Source: the human T2T-CHM13v2.0 reference genome, Homo sapiens. Taken from it: 64,000 nt of DNA. Each line of letters opens with the position of its first letter. Within the stretch, counting starts at the first letter, position 1. Of this stretch, positions 11,617-24,680 are shown one piece after another. The position numbers and the translations under genes were made by a program. The notes under the pieces were generated by a model. The model worked only from the letters and a program-made list of their open reading frames with translations, made no database searches and was not told the DNA's origin. The stretch is from NCBI RefSeq assembly GCF_009914755.1, contig NC_060931.1, one strand, 5' to 3'.

Positions 11617-11811
11617 CTGCCTGCTCTTAACCCACCTGACTCAGAGGTGAGTCAGTCCTTTTCTCAAAGAAAACTTAAGAAGAATATATCAGAGTTTTCA
11701 TTCCATGCCTATTTTCTTTTCTCATAGATCCTCAAGTGGCAAAATTCTTCCTTACAACTCAAATAGATTTGGTCTGCTAAAATTTAAGTAAATTCCCTCT
11801 CTATTAATCTT
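11617..11811 (-). pseudogene. Candidate decayed DGKI exon (195 nt, 3n, phase 2-2)
   Basis: Acceptor atttcatttggcag|A, donor CAG|gtaaag; frame RLIEREFT*ILADQIYLSCKEEFCHLRIYEKRK*AWNENSD...LTSESGGLRAGR. Confidence 0.4.
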
Positions 11812-12294
11812 CTGCCAAATGAAATATAGTCTTGTCACTAATCGTGGTGGTACAATTAATGATAAGAGCAAATACATTTCCAGAATCATGTCATTTTAAA
11901 TAGAACTTCCTTGGACACTGAAAAAAAATTTTTTTAACTTAAAGAAAAAATCATTATGGTCCCAGCAGTAATAATGTCAGTCAACCACTTCTCACCAATT
12001 CATTTCAAAATTGGTTCTTAAATATTTGTTATTATGTTCACAGGTTTTGCAGACACTATACACATTGCGTATCCTACTTTGGAATTACAGTCTTTCCTAT
12101 AGGATCTGCATATAAGTAGGTATGTGTATATCTTTCTTTAAAATTATAATGCTTCTAAATGGAAACATTTAAAATAAATGCAACCAATTCCAGTAATGAT
12201 AGAAATCTAATTCATCCTTTTTATACTAATTGCCTCTCACTCTGCCTGAGAAAAAGGGAGGTTGATGGATCTAAGGGACTATTTTAAATTTTAA

Positions 12295-12815
<521 letters not shown>

Positions 12816-13550
12816 AAAAATTTTATTTTCTGTTCATCATCTGTCTGTTTTATTCTCCTTGTCATTGATTTCTCTCATTATCTTTATCATTTTTCTCCCC
12901 TCTCATTTCTTTACACTGGGATTCTTTTTCCAATTTATCAAATTGAATGCTTTGCTTATTTGCACACAATCATTTTTCCCTTGATAAATGAATCTGCAGT
13001 CCTAACGTACTATGAATACTACGTTAGCAGTGTCTCGAAAACTCTGATAAGTAGTATTTTCAGTTCTAAGAATTGAAAGTTTCTCTTTTGATTTCTGTTT
13101 ATATAGTGAGTTATTTAGCACTGTCAACAGGATGCTAAATTGAACCTTTCCTATCCCCCAAGTTGACTGGGGCTTTAAAGTGTAAAGCAACAGATGCTGA
13201 TCATACCTAGATTATTACAATAAGTGTTCAGGGCCTTTTCAGTTACTGATTCATCAGTACTCTAACTGGGAAGGTAAATTTTGCATTATCGAGTAAGCTG
13301 AAACTGCATATATATTCTGCAACACAGAAGGGCACAGGATGTTTGCTGCATTTTAAAAAATAATAGAATATTAGAAATCACTATCGAAATAGAGAAACAA
13401 TTTATAGCATATGTATGATGCAATATTCTATATCAAAAATTATTAAAAACCCACATATATCAATATGAATGAATTTCAAAAACACAATGCTGAGTGAAAT
13501 GGCAAGTTCCAAAATATATGCATTATATAACACAGGCAAAAACAAAAATA

Positions 13551-13788
13551 CAAGTTGAGTATCCCTTATCCAAAATGCTTGGGACCAGAAGTGCCTCAGA
13601 TTTTTTATTTTCTTAGGATTTTGGAATATTTGCATTATACTTACCAGTTGAGCATCCCAAATCCAAATATCTGAAATCCAAAATGTTCCAATAAGCACTT
13701 CCTTTGAGCATCAGGTCAGCACTTTAAAAGTTTTGGATTTTGGAGCATTTCAGATTACAGATTTTCCAATTAGAGATACTCCAACTTG
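13551..13788. mobile_element. Tigger4a/MER46A-like TcMar DNA transposon (MITE) inside an old L1M fragment
   Basis: TA TSDs; terminal inverted repeats caagttgagtatc...gatactccaacttg. Confidence 0.85.
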
Positions 13789-14219
13789 TACAATACAAAA
13801 CAAAACCATAAAACAATATTTTTTACACTACTCTGTGTTGTTTATGGCTTGAAAGAAAGATATAATGCAAATATAGAAAAACAATGACATAATAAATCAA
13901 GGTGGTTGGTACATGATGGCCTTCTATATAATTTTTACGCTTATTTTGATTAGAACATAGTTTATATATATTTAGCAATTTTAAACTGAAGTTTACCACC
14001 ATTATATTTTGTTTCAATCTCTTCTTTTAAAGAAAAAAATGCTTAAAAATTAATTCTCAGCCATATTTACTTCTGGGTAAGTTTGCAGTTGTATATTTAA
14101 TGTGCATGCATAGTACCCCTATATTGTAGGACTTTTCACTGTACAAATGTAAAAAAGAAATAGAAACCAAAGTAAACTTCTGTGGCTCTGGTACGCTGAC
14201 TTTGTATGGTCCCTTTGGG

Positions 14220-14440
14220 AAGATAGTGTAGGACAATGGAAAAAGCATGGAGTCAGAAGCCAAACCGACCTCAGGTCAAACTACACTTGCCATTTGAAGT
14301 GACCTAAGATAAATATTTTACCCTCTAGGAGCCTCAGTTTACTTATCTGTTAAGCAACAGCTAAATTTAAAAATTGTTGAATGAAGATCATTTAATTATG
14401 ATACAAAGCAAGTGGGAAGTAGTCCATCAATAGTAGTTAT
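14220..14440 (+). mobile_element. MIR
   Basis: gtgacc...gagcctcagtttacttatctgt core. Confidence 0.65.
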
Positions 14441-16530
14441 TATTAACATTATTAGATATTTCCACAACTGCAATTATACCTATTTGTATCAGAGATGATG
14501 TCTGAAGGAAATAAAAAGATATTCTAAGAAATAAATGGACATAATAATTTTAAAAGTTAAAGAATTAATTAAAAAGTTGAGGTAAGGCATCTGGTTTAGT
14601 TTAGTTTTATTTTTAAGTGATTTAACACAACAATTTTATTATGCTGTGTCTTCTATGAGACAGGAATTCAGACTGAGCCTAGTAGAGATGACTTGCCTTT
14701 GTTCCACAATGTCTGGAGATCCAGCTGGAGAAGCTGAAAGGCTGGGGATGAATGTTTGAATGCCACTTTGCTTGTTTTCAAAGTAATTTTTCAGGTTTTT
14801 TTAAAAAGTGTCTACTACTCTAGGGCATTTTAGAACTAAAGTAGTATAAATGACTGCAAAAACTTATAGCTGTAAATTGAAGATCAACCAAAAATTAAGA
14901 GACATCCCTAAAAAGATAGTTTAACGCAAACAGACAGAAAGAGTTCATTTTGACATCTGGTTTTAAGAACCTGGCTATTATATAAAGTGGTAAATTTATT
15001 TGTCATTCTTGGGAAGAATATTTACTATCTTATATACAATTATTTTATTTATTATGATACGTACATCAGTATGTTATATATAGAAAAATCAGGACCTAGA
15101 AAACTAGATTGAGCTCATATTCTGCTTTGTGGAAACAGATTATATATATATATACAACTAAAATACTCATTGGTTTACTGAGTTTTTACTCAGTAAACAA
15201 ATACTGGTTTGTCCAGGCTTAATTTCTATTTCTGTAGCTAATTAAAACACTAATTTTCCAATAAGTCTGCCAACAGATAAATGGCCACTTTTTTAGCCAT
15301 TCGTGGGTGGCTGACTCACCCTGATTCACAAGCCTCAATTCTGTATAAAAAGGAAATGGAAAACATCCTGAATTATAAGCAATCAAAATGCCATCAGAAA
15401 CTAACAACACAGTTTAATTAAAAAGAAAAATCCATAGTAATTCATTGTTGTTCCTTTCCCGTCTTCACACAAGAAAATAAGAGGTAATACAGAGAAGCAA
15501 TTAAAATGAAGTCTTCTGCCCTGAGGGTGTGTGCCTCGAAACTTTGCCAATGAAATAATTAGCTCCAAATTTCTCATTTTTTTCCCCTTTGTAATACTGA
15601 AATTGCTTCTGGTCTTTCTCCAGAAACAAAGCACTTCCTTTGCCTCTTTAGTTAACCCTAGGATTCGAAGAATCTTCAGTTATCTTGTTATTCTGTCAAA
15701 AGACTAAGACTGTGTGGTTACAAGGCCATTGTCATTATTTGATTAAGACCCCAGGTAAACTGGAAACCAGCCTAATTTCATGAACACACTGGATTTGCAT
15801 AACCTCTGAGATGGATTGATTGGCCTGAAATTAAAGAGTAGGTGCGCATGAGTGTATCTGTCACCAGAGGAGATGATAGGGAGGTGGATTCACCGAGCAC
15901 AAAGGTATCGACACTGCTGTGAAACTTCAGCATGCATCCTACACTCTCACCATGATCAGACCTCAGAAGAAAGCACACATACTGTTCTGATCTACAAACA
16001 AATGCTGTACTGCTTACCCACAGAGACTGCAACCACAACATGGGCAGCACCCAGCTTTAGCCAACAAACCCACGTGGCAATATTGGGTACAGCACACATG
16101 CACAGGCTCAGGACTGAGGACCACTGAAACAGCAAGATAATGTGTTCACAAATGAAAAACCACGTGTCACTTTCAAGCTACTCATGATCACTCTCATGCA
16201 TGTCTTTATGATGTGGCAAACAGGGACGTGTGATAAACACTAAACTCCAGTAAAGAAGACACTGGTGAGGTTTAAAGTATGTGGAGGTCCACGTGCAAGG
16301 GGCTCAAGGTGGCTCAGGAGCAAAAGAAATGGAAGGTGGAGTTCCATGAACGGTTTGGGGTAGATAAATATGAGCAAGGTGCATGGAATGAAAACACAGA
16401 GTAGCACCTGCATGAGACAGCCTGAGCGCCATTGAAAAGAGAATCCTGACCACTGGGGCACAGCCCACAGTACATCCTCTCCCAGCAATCACAGTGGCAC
16501 AGAGGAAAAGAACAGCAAGAGAACTCTTAC

Positions 16531-16653
16531 TGTAGCACGCGGGAGTGGCTGAGATCTTTCAGATCTGAGTCCTCATAATAGGGAGCTATCATCCCCAGCC
16601 CACTGTCACTCAGCATGCGTTTCCGCAGGGCAGGATTCCACCAGTCTGAGATC
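16531..16653 (-). CDS. DGKI: DGKI coding exon, 123 nt, phase 2 to 2: ISDWWNPALRKRMLSDSGLGMIAPYYEDSDLKDLSHSRVL(Q)
   Basis: Acceptor cccttctttctctcag|G, donor CA|gtaaga, open frame continuing from the previous exon. Confidence 0.95.
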
Positions 16654-16789
16654 CTGAGAGAAAGAAGGGCACCAGACAGTTAAACATTCAAAGTCAGCCA
16701 CGTGACTTCGTTTCCACTTTCTGAAGATGAATCTTGCCAGTAAATGTGAGAAGCAAAATTCATCTTTATGAAGTGTTTACCAGATACTA

Positions 16790-16975
16790 CCCATTTATTA
16801 TTTCATTCATTTATCTCAACAATCATGAACTATTTGTATGATTCTGTCCCCTTCACAGATGAGAAAACTGATTTTCAAGATTAAGTCATTTTAAATGTGA
16901 CATGAATAAGAAGTAATAGACCTAGGGCAGAAATGCAGATTAGAAAATAACAAAGTCCATCCTGTTTCACTGCTT
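16790..16975 (-). mobile_element. MIR
   Basis: ccccttcacagatgagaaaactga core. Confidence 0.6.
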
Positions 16976-17093
16976 CCCTGTTCCTGGTTTAGTTCAGGGG
17001 AGGCAACTGGTGAGAAATAAGAAAGGCACTGATTCAAGTCCTGGTGGATTTTCAGGCTACTTTATTTTTGGAGCTAGAGCTAACAGAGGTCTA

Positions 17094-17441
<348 letters not shown>

Positions 17442-17969
17442 CTAGCACCTGCTGCTTCTGCAGTAGGACAAAACACTCTACCTGCTTTCCCCACTACTGA
17501 TGGGTCTGATGCATGGATGTGCCCCACGAAGTTGGCCTTCCCCACCACCTTTGGGGCTCCCAGGGGTGCATCAGGTTACCCCTTGTGCCTGTCGGCCTTC
17601 CCCCATGCTCTGACATCGCAGCTCTGGCTTCCTGAGAACAGCTTGCTATCAGGCCATGCAGCCACTTGTGTCCTCTCTTGTCTCCACCTAGACTTGGTAC
17701 ATATTGGACATCAACTGCCCCTGGCAGAGTGGGAAACCACCCACAAATAGCAGCAGTGAACCAAAAAAAGTGAAAAAAAGTAAATCAAGTGACAAGGGGA
17801 AAACAGGAATGAAGATGACATTGCAGTTGTGCTAGCCTAGTGGACTGTTTATTCATACTGTATGAGTCTGTGTACACGATGTGCATTTACTATTTGGGCA
17901 CATTGTGTATGGTTTCTAGAGCAATTCTTACTTCAACAATTCAGGCCCCATAGACCAGTAAAACACTAA

Positions 17970-18510
17970 ATTTCACAAGGACAAAGATTCTTATCTGTTT
18001 TTATTTTTGTACTGTTATTCCCCAAGTGCTTACACTAGGACCTGGCACACAAAATTCTCTAAATAAATAGTTTTTAATTATTGAAATAACTTAGAAATAC
18101 TAATTATGTTTTGGTGGTAGAAGGTGGTAGTTAAATGCATGGGCTCTGGCATCAGGTAACCCAGGACTATATCTCATTTTTTCTACTTATTTTCTGTGAA
18201 ATATTAGACAAGTAACATAACCCTTTAGGTCTCAATTTTTTAATCTATGAATTAAGGATAATTGTACCAAATTTTCAAGGTCACTAGAATGATGGTGATG
18301 ACTATTATTATTATTGTAATAACATTCTGTTTAATGCATGTTTTAAAAATGCCAGGAATGACTTTAAGTGCTTTACCTGTATCAATTCTTTTAATCGCCA
18401 AACAATTCTCTGAGTGAGGATTATTGTTATTTGTATTTTACAGATGAGAAAATAAGCACAGAGCACTTAAGATGATTAAGTCACTATGAAGCGGTGGTAG
18501 AAACAGAAGA
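17970..18510. mobile_element. Cluster of an L2 3' end and two MIR fragments
   Basis: acaaggacaaagatt...cctggcacac; ctcaattttttaatctatgaa; ttttacagatgagaaaata. Confidence 0.55.
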
Positions 18511-18949
18511 GAGACACAGGACAGAGCTCTTAAAAAGGGCTTGGTATGTCATAGTTATTATTATATAATCTACATGTCTCCAGCAGCCTGGAAATAGCAA
18601 AGAAGAGGAAGAGGAGAAAATTTGTCAAATCACCTGTGTCAATTTTTAATGTAGATAACAGAGTTACTACAAACGTACAAGCACAAACACAAGTACTAGT
18701 GCTTTCTAGGTTTGTTAGGAAGGGTTGCTGTGATGGGGAAAGAGGCTTGGACATGGTGTAAATCTGGTTTTGTGTTTCTTCACGGCCATTCATAAGACAG
18801 ACTTATAATAACCACTCTAAGGAAACACAACAAGAAAATCTACACTTCAAAATCATTTGATGTCATTAGAACGATGTCAAGTTCAAAGGCGAACCAGACA
18901 TGGATGTCACCCTAAGGCCAGCCTCACAGGCCAGGAGAAGCACACTCAC

Positions 18950-19077
18950 CCCGAGGCTTGTTCCACCACCAGGTCAGGCATGCCCGGAGGTGTCCCCGCC
19001 GGCTGTGACACCACCATATCTGGGTCCAGAATAAAAATCTCATCTTGGGAAATCTCCATCACAAAGTGCAAATGTTC
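18950..19077 (-). CDS. DGKI: DGKI coding exon, 128 nt, phase 0 to 2: EHLHFVMEISQDEIFILDPDMVVSQPAGTPPGMPDLVVEQAS(G)
   Basis: Acceptor cttgttcttctttag|GAA, donor GGG|gtgagt. Confidence 0.96.
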
Positions 19078-19943
19078 CTAAAGAAGAACAAGAAGTCTGT
19101 TGCATGAAGAATAACAAAACAAGTATTCTTGGTCTCGAGGAATAATGAAATTCTGCAACGTGTCAAAGGATCACACTGTGTTGTCAGAAGCTTGATCAGT
19201 TGGTGATCCTCCCCAAAGCTGCGCTAACGCAGACAGTGGGAGATAGGGAGAGATGAATCCCCTTGGTTCAGGATTTCCAATTAACCAGGACTTTTTCTTA
19301 GATATATCTAGAAATGGTCTTGCCTCATCTTCTTCCCAAATACTATTAGAGAAGTGACACCCACATACAATTGGCCCAGCAGGAGTGTATGGTAAGTGGA
19401 CTTCTACCCCGTCATCTGGTCAAAGCTAAGCAGCATGGTTAACAACTTTATCATTAGGTTCAATACTGTACATTTTTCTCCTAGGAGAATTCAGATAATG
19501 GGAGGAATTCTTAACTTGGGCAAAACCATTTTTTTTTTCTCATCACTGACCTCCAGGGATTGGCGAACTGAAACTAAGTAGTCTAGTTATACACCTGGGG
19601 CCTCAAACTTGCTAAACAGAAATGAGCTTAAAAAGACATGAAATTTGGCTAAAAAGGAGTAAAAATATCTTTGTGAATGAAAATTTGGAGTACAGGCTGG
19701 TGATAATGTCTACAAGTCAACTTATTTTCTGTACTCATTTGCAAGATTAAGCCACATCATCTTGAGTCCATAAATCATAAAACACGTGAAGACAAATAAA
19801 AGGTTCAAGCTTAAGTTATGAACACCATTCCAAAATTTGTGTCTCAGTGGTTTTCGTTAGAAAAATTTATGAGATTAGCTACCAATAAAGCACATTAACT
19901 TGGGAATTTTTCACTTTCACAAGCAGGCTGGAAAAAAACTTAC

Positions 19944-19984
19944 CTGAGATCTGTCTATTCGATAAAAGCGATCAGCAGAAGTTG
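19944..19984 (-). CDS. DGKI: DGKI coding exon, 41 nt, phase 1 to 0: ATSADRFYRIDRSQ; an internal acceptor would give an 11-nt form (19954-19944)
   Basis: Acceptor ttttttttcccctag|CA, donor CAG|gtaagt; the TSADRFYRIDRxQ motif is shared with DGKZ. Confidence 0.95.
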
Positions 19985-20004
19985 CTAGGGGAAAAAAAAT
20001 GCAG

Positions 20005-20480
20005 ATGGCATTCAGAATGTTCTGTAATCTGGCACCAAATTTATAACCTTCTCTTCGACTATGCTGGTCAAAACCCCTACATGGCAGTCATGCTAGTCTC
20101 CTGGCCAGTCCCTAAATCTATTAAGAAAACCTCAGCACTTCCATGCCTCTGCCACTGCTATTCTAAGGCTTGGAAAGCCCTTCCCTTTGCCTCTGCCATC
20201 TAAATCATACTTGTCTTTAAAGAACCAGCTCAAGTGCTTCTGCTTCTGTGAAACCTTTCTCAGTCCCAACCTCCCAACACCAGACAGAACCTGCTGACCC
20301 TGCATCCATCCACATTTACATTTTTTAAAACTTCTTATACAGACTATCTTCACAGATAACCATGAGACTAAGAGACCTGCCTCTTTAAAAATCTGTTTCA
20401 TTTAATCTTTTATGCCTCCTGAAATTAGCAAATGATCTTAAAGTAAGTTAGGAATTAGTATGTATTTATTAAGTAAATAA
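20005..20480 (+). mobile_element. L2 fragment; its first 120 bp are duplicated at 21661-21780
   Basis: ggcattca...atctggc...gcttggaaagcccttccc...cagctcaagtg...ctgtgaaacctttctc. Confidence 0.6.
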
Positions 20481-20768
20481 AGCTAGAAAAAGCTACAGTT
20501 ACGTAGACTTCTCAGTGAAGTGACTTCCCACTTCGGAAAATGGCTTGAAGATTCAGGCCAGAGACCATATGTGGTCTTAAATGAATCATTTCACTTTCAA
20601 CCTGCATCCTTAGAGTCATGTCTGAAGGAAGCCAAAACAGCAAAAAAATTATTTAAGCATTCTCTGAAAGAGATTGAGCTACATCTATGGTATGCGAAAA
20701 AAATCTAAATTACAAATTTTGGGTTTCTAGAAATTATTTTAAATATTCCTAATATTAGAAAGAACTAT

Positions 20769-21057
<289 letters not shown>

Positions 21058-22591
21058 AAGAATTATGTGCTTCTCACTTAAATCTATCTAACAAAGCCCA
21101 AATATTATAAATAGATTTTCTACAAAACAAACAGCACAAGAAAGAAAAACTCAAAATGCAAGCACTTATTTAAAATTCACAAACATTTAATGAGTAGCTT
21201 CTCTCCAAAGGCGACAGAACTAAGAAACCAGCCAATCATCACCCCTGCTGTCTAAAACCTAAGAATAGAATAAAATCTGCCTTGGAGAAATTCACTCTAC
21301 TTTTTTCTTTTAAACCATGACTGCAATTACCTTTTAAAGGTTTTATTTTATTAAAACTATGGAGTAAAACTACTACCTGGGCTAAGACTGTCAGCCACAA
21401 TATTTGTACTTTTATTTAAGACTTTAGATAGAACATAACAACATAAATATTTTCATAATTTTCTCAAATACAAGTTGTTCCTCTGCAAATTCAGGAATGA
21501 CAAATGATTATGTTTCTCATTGCTATGGAATAAAGAAGCTGGAGGAAAGTTCTGAGAGGCAGCTGATGAGACATTAACAAAAACCTACATCATGATTTAT
21601 GTGGGTTAGATCTCATACAGATACAAGTGCCCATCTTCATAACACTAGAAAAATATATATATGGCATTCAAAGTGTTCTGTGATCTGGCACCAAAGTTAT
21701 AACCTTCTCTTCCACTATGCCAGTTAAAACCCTTACATTGCAGTCATGCTAGGCTACTGGACAGTCCTTAAATCTTAATAGATCTCTGCTGCTGCCATCC
21801 CAATGCTTGCTCATACACTCACAAATCCTGTCATACTCATATTCACATTTATATCCTCTCAGATGCTCACCCAGAAAAACAAAAAAGGGGTCTACAATGA
21901 AAATCATGTCTCCATATGAACAAAAGAGAGAATGGGTAGTAGATACATTCGGTAGTATGTAAGCATGAATATACAGAGGTGAGAAGGTACTGCAATACGG
22001 GTAATTGGATAGAAATGTAGTATTAGGCAGCATCTAGGAGAGAGATACTTGAGATAAAAAAACGGACTCATTAAACAATCATAAGATAACTAACCTATTA
22101 TGCATGCAATATATCATGCGGATCTGAGCAGATTTGAATGCAACTGAATTTTTCCACCTTTTTCCAGAAATGTATACATCATACTGCAATAATGGTCTCA
22201 TAAAAATAATATGAATGTTCCATAAGATGCAAATAACATAGAAATTATATCCATCCTATGCATATAGAATCCAGCTACTGGTCTGAATTAATTTAAGGCA
22301 GGCAGTCAAGCTTTAAGAAAAGAGGGCTGATGAAAGAAAAACATCGGCCTGAGCAACTTGATGCTGAGTTCAGCCAGAGTTAACCAAGCTGTGTTGAGGG
22401 AAATGACTTCAGGAAAGGACAGTGCAATATCAGCAGGCCCACATTGTTCCGCATGCCAATACCAGCCATGTGGAGTCACATGAAGGCTTTCTGAATAATC
22501 TTTTGGAAAACTAGAGCCCACCCTATCAATTGATGCCTTGCTCTTCAACTTCCCCAACTCCCACGATACCCGCAAGAAAGGCAGAACTCAC

Positions 22592-22661
22592 CATCTAGGA
22601 AGCACCACCGAGGAGAGAGCCTCTGTGCTGAGAGAGCCCTGGGGAAGGAGGTTTCATGGTC
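22592..22661 (-). CDS. DGKI: DGKI coding exon, 70 nt, phase 0 to 1: DHETSFPRALSAQRLSPRWCFLD
   Basis: Acceptor gtgtgtctctttccag|GAC, donor ATG|gtgagt. Confidence 0.96.
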
Positions 22662-23585
22662 CTGGAAAGAGACACACACACTCTAGTGGCTGCATTTCAA
22701 TAACCTGATGGGCTTCCCTCACTCAGCATTCTGCCATCCTTTCCTACACAAAGCACTGGTGAGAAGAGCAAATCACATTTTTTTTTCTCTAGGAACACAA
22801 AGAAGGGCTCTTTTTTGAAATTCTTTCACATAGAACTTTTGAAAATGACTCCCTCATAAAATTAGCACGAGGTTTTTAATTATTCCATTAAATATTTTCA
22901 ATTATTCCATTAAACATAAATAATCTAATTTAGGACATTTACTTCCTTATGGGAATTTCTTTCTTTCCCTTTGTGAAGCCAAGGAATGAGTGACAGCTGG
23001 CTGTCATTGACACATAGGTCTAAGGCGCTGGCACAGAATGGGAATGAATCAAACGTTATCTACTGGCCACACGGGACATACGGTACGTGAGAAAAAGCAG
23101 CAGCCATCCATACACAGGGACTGTTCATCTACATGGAAACAAAGAAAATCAACCTCGCATACTGAGGTCATCTCTAACCTCAGCCTTCTCCACTGAACCT
23201 AATTACAGAGGAGTAGACAAGGAAGAAAAGTAGTGCCAGGTTAACTCATGACAAAATCACTCTGTCCAACACTCATCCAGACAGCAATGTGCTCATTCAC
23301 CTGAGCATTTTCTAGGCGTCTCATTTCTATGACCTCCCAATTTCCCCTCTCCTATTTAACATCAAGTCTGCCTGACATAACTACCATCATTCTTTCCTCT
23401 GGGTTCGGATAAAAATAGTTCTCTTCTCTCCAAAGTCAATCACTTAATTTAGACTCTGGACTATCTTTCTTTCTCCTTTGAACTTTATTTCTGTAGCATT
23501 ATTAAAATCCACTCATTAATTCTTCTGCTCTCAATAGTTCCCTCTCTTCCAAAATAAATTACCCTCAGCTGATCTTGTTACATCT

Positions 23586-23745
23586 ATTTTTTTAATTTTT
23601 ATTTCATTTATATTTTATTTTTTGAGACAGGCTGTCTTCCAGGCTGTCTTCCAGGCTGGAGTGCAGTGGTGTGATCATGGCTCACCATAGCCTCAGTTTC
23701 CTGGGCTCAGGTGATCCTCCAGCCTCAGCCTCCTGAGTAGCTGAA
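23586..23745 (-). mobile_element. AluJ/FLAM fragment with an internal 12-bp tandem duplication (aggctgtcttcc x2)
   Basis: tttttgagacag...ggagtgcagtggtgtgatcatggctcac. Confidence 0.85.
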
Positions 23746-24539
23746 ACTGAAGCTGATATATCTTTTGATAATCTTCTTAAACTCTCCTTTCTTGCCCTTC
23801 CAAACTCCTGAAGCTTATGTTTATTATCTCCTGCTCCAAGTCTCACTTACACACCTCAGACATGACCTCTAGAAGCTTGGCCTCTGACCTCCCAGCCTTC
23901 CAAAGCTGCCCTTCCAAGAGATTGCCAGGACTAGCTTGCTTCCCTGACTTACTACAATTCTCAGTTCCCAAACTTCCTTGAAGTCTCAGAAGCTTTTATT
24001 TCTTATAAAGAATTAAGGCTACATCCACGAAACAGAAGAGAGAACTGGCAGATTGAAAACTGAAAGGATTTTCTCTTTAAGATTCCAAACTTTTAAAAAT
24101 TAAACATTTTCTCTACTAAGAGAAGCCTGCCAGTGATAACTGGGGAGGGAGGAGAGCACCTTCTAGTTTACAACATGTGATTTGGAGCATTCTAGCCCTG
24201 GTTTGCAGTGGAATTGAAATCACTGACAGAAATGGGACAAACGAGGGAGGCCAGGTCTCTGTGGGGAAGACACTGGGAGTCTGGCCCTTAATAGGGATTT
24301 GAAATGTTCAAATGTAGGGAGCAGCACTGGGGTGCGGCTGTGCAGGCAGCAATAAAGACTTGGCAGCTGAAGCCGCAGGTGTGGATGATCTTGTGTGTAC
24401 AGAGGGGACAGGAGAAGAAAACAGGAATAACATAGAAGAAGTAATAAGGACCCAATCAGAGGTTGTACTGACTTTCCTGGGAGTTAATCAACACTCCCTG
24501 CTGCCCTACTTGATCCTCAAATAAAGCCTGGGATTAAAT

Positions 24540-24680
24540 CACTTGTTCTCAAAGTGTGCATCAGCTAGAAACTTGTCAGAAACACAAATTTCCAGGGCCC
24601 ATCCCAGGTCTACAGAAGCACTATGGGTGGAACCCAGCAATGTGTTTTAACAAGCCTTTCAGATAGGTCTGAGGATGTAT
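24540..24680. mobile_element. MER5A-like hAT-Charlie fragment
   Basis: ttctcaaagtgtg...gaaacttgtcagaaacacaaattt...ggaacccagcaatgtgttttaacaagc. Confidence 0.7.

Noticed and set aside
16250-16270. tcaccagtgtcttc on the minus strand, resembling the next DGKI exon (SPVS...)
   Set aside because: No acceptor or donor and the frame diverges; the real exon appears to lie outside the window
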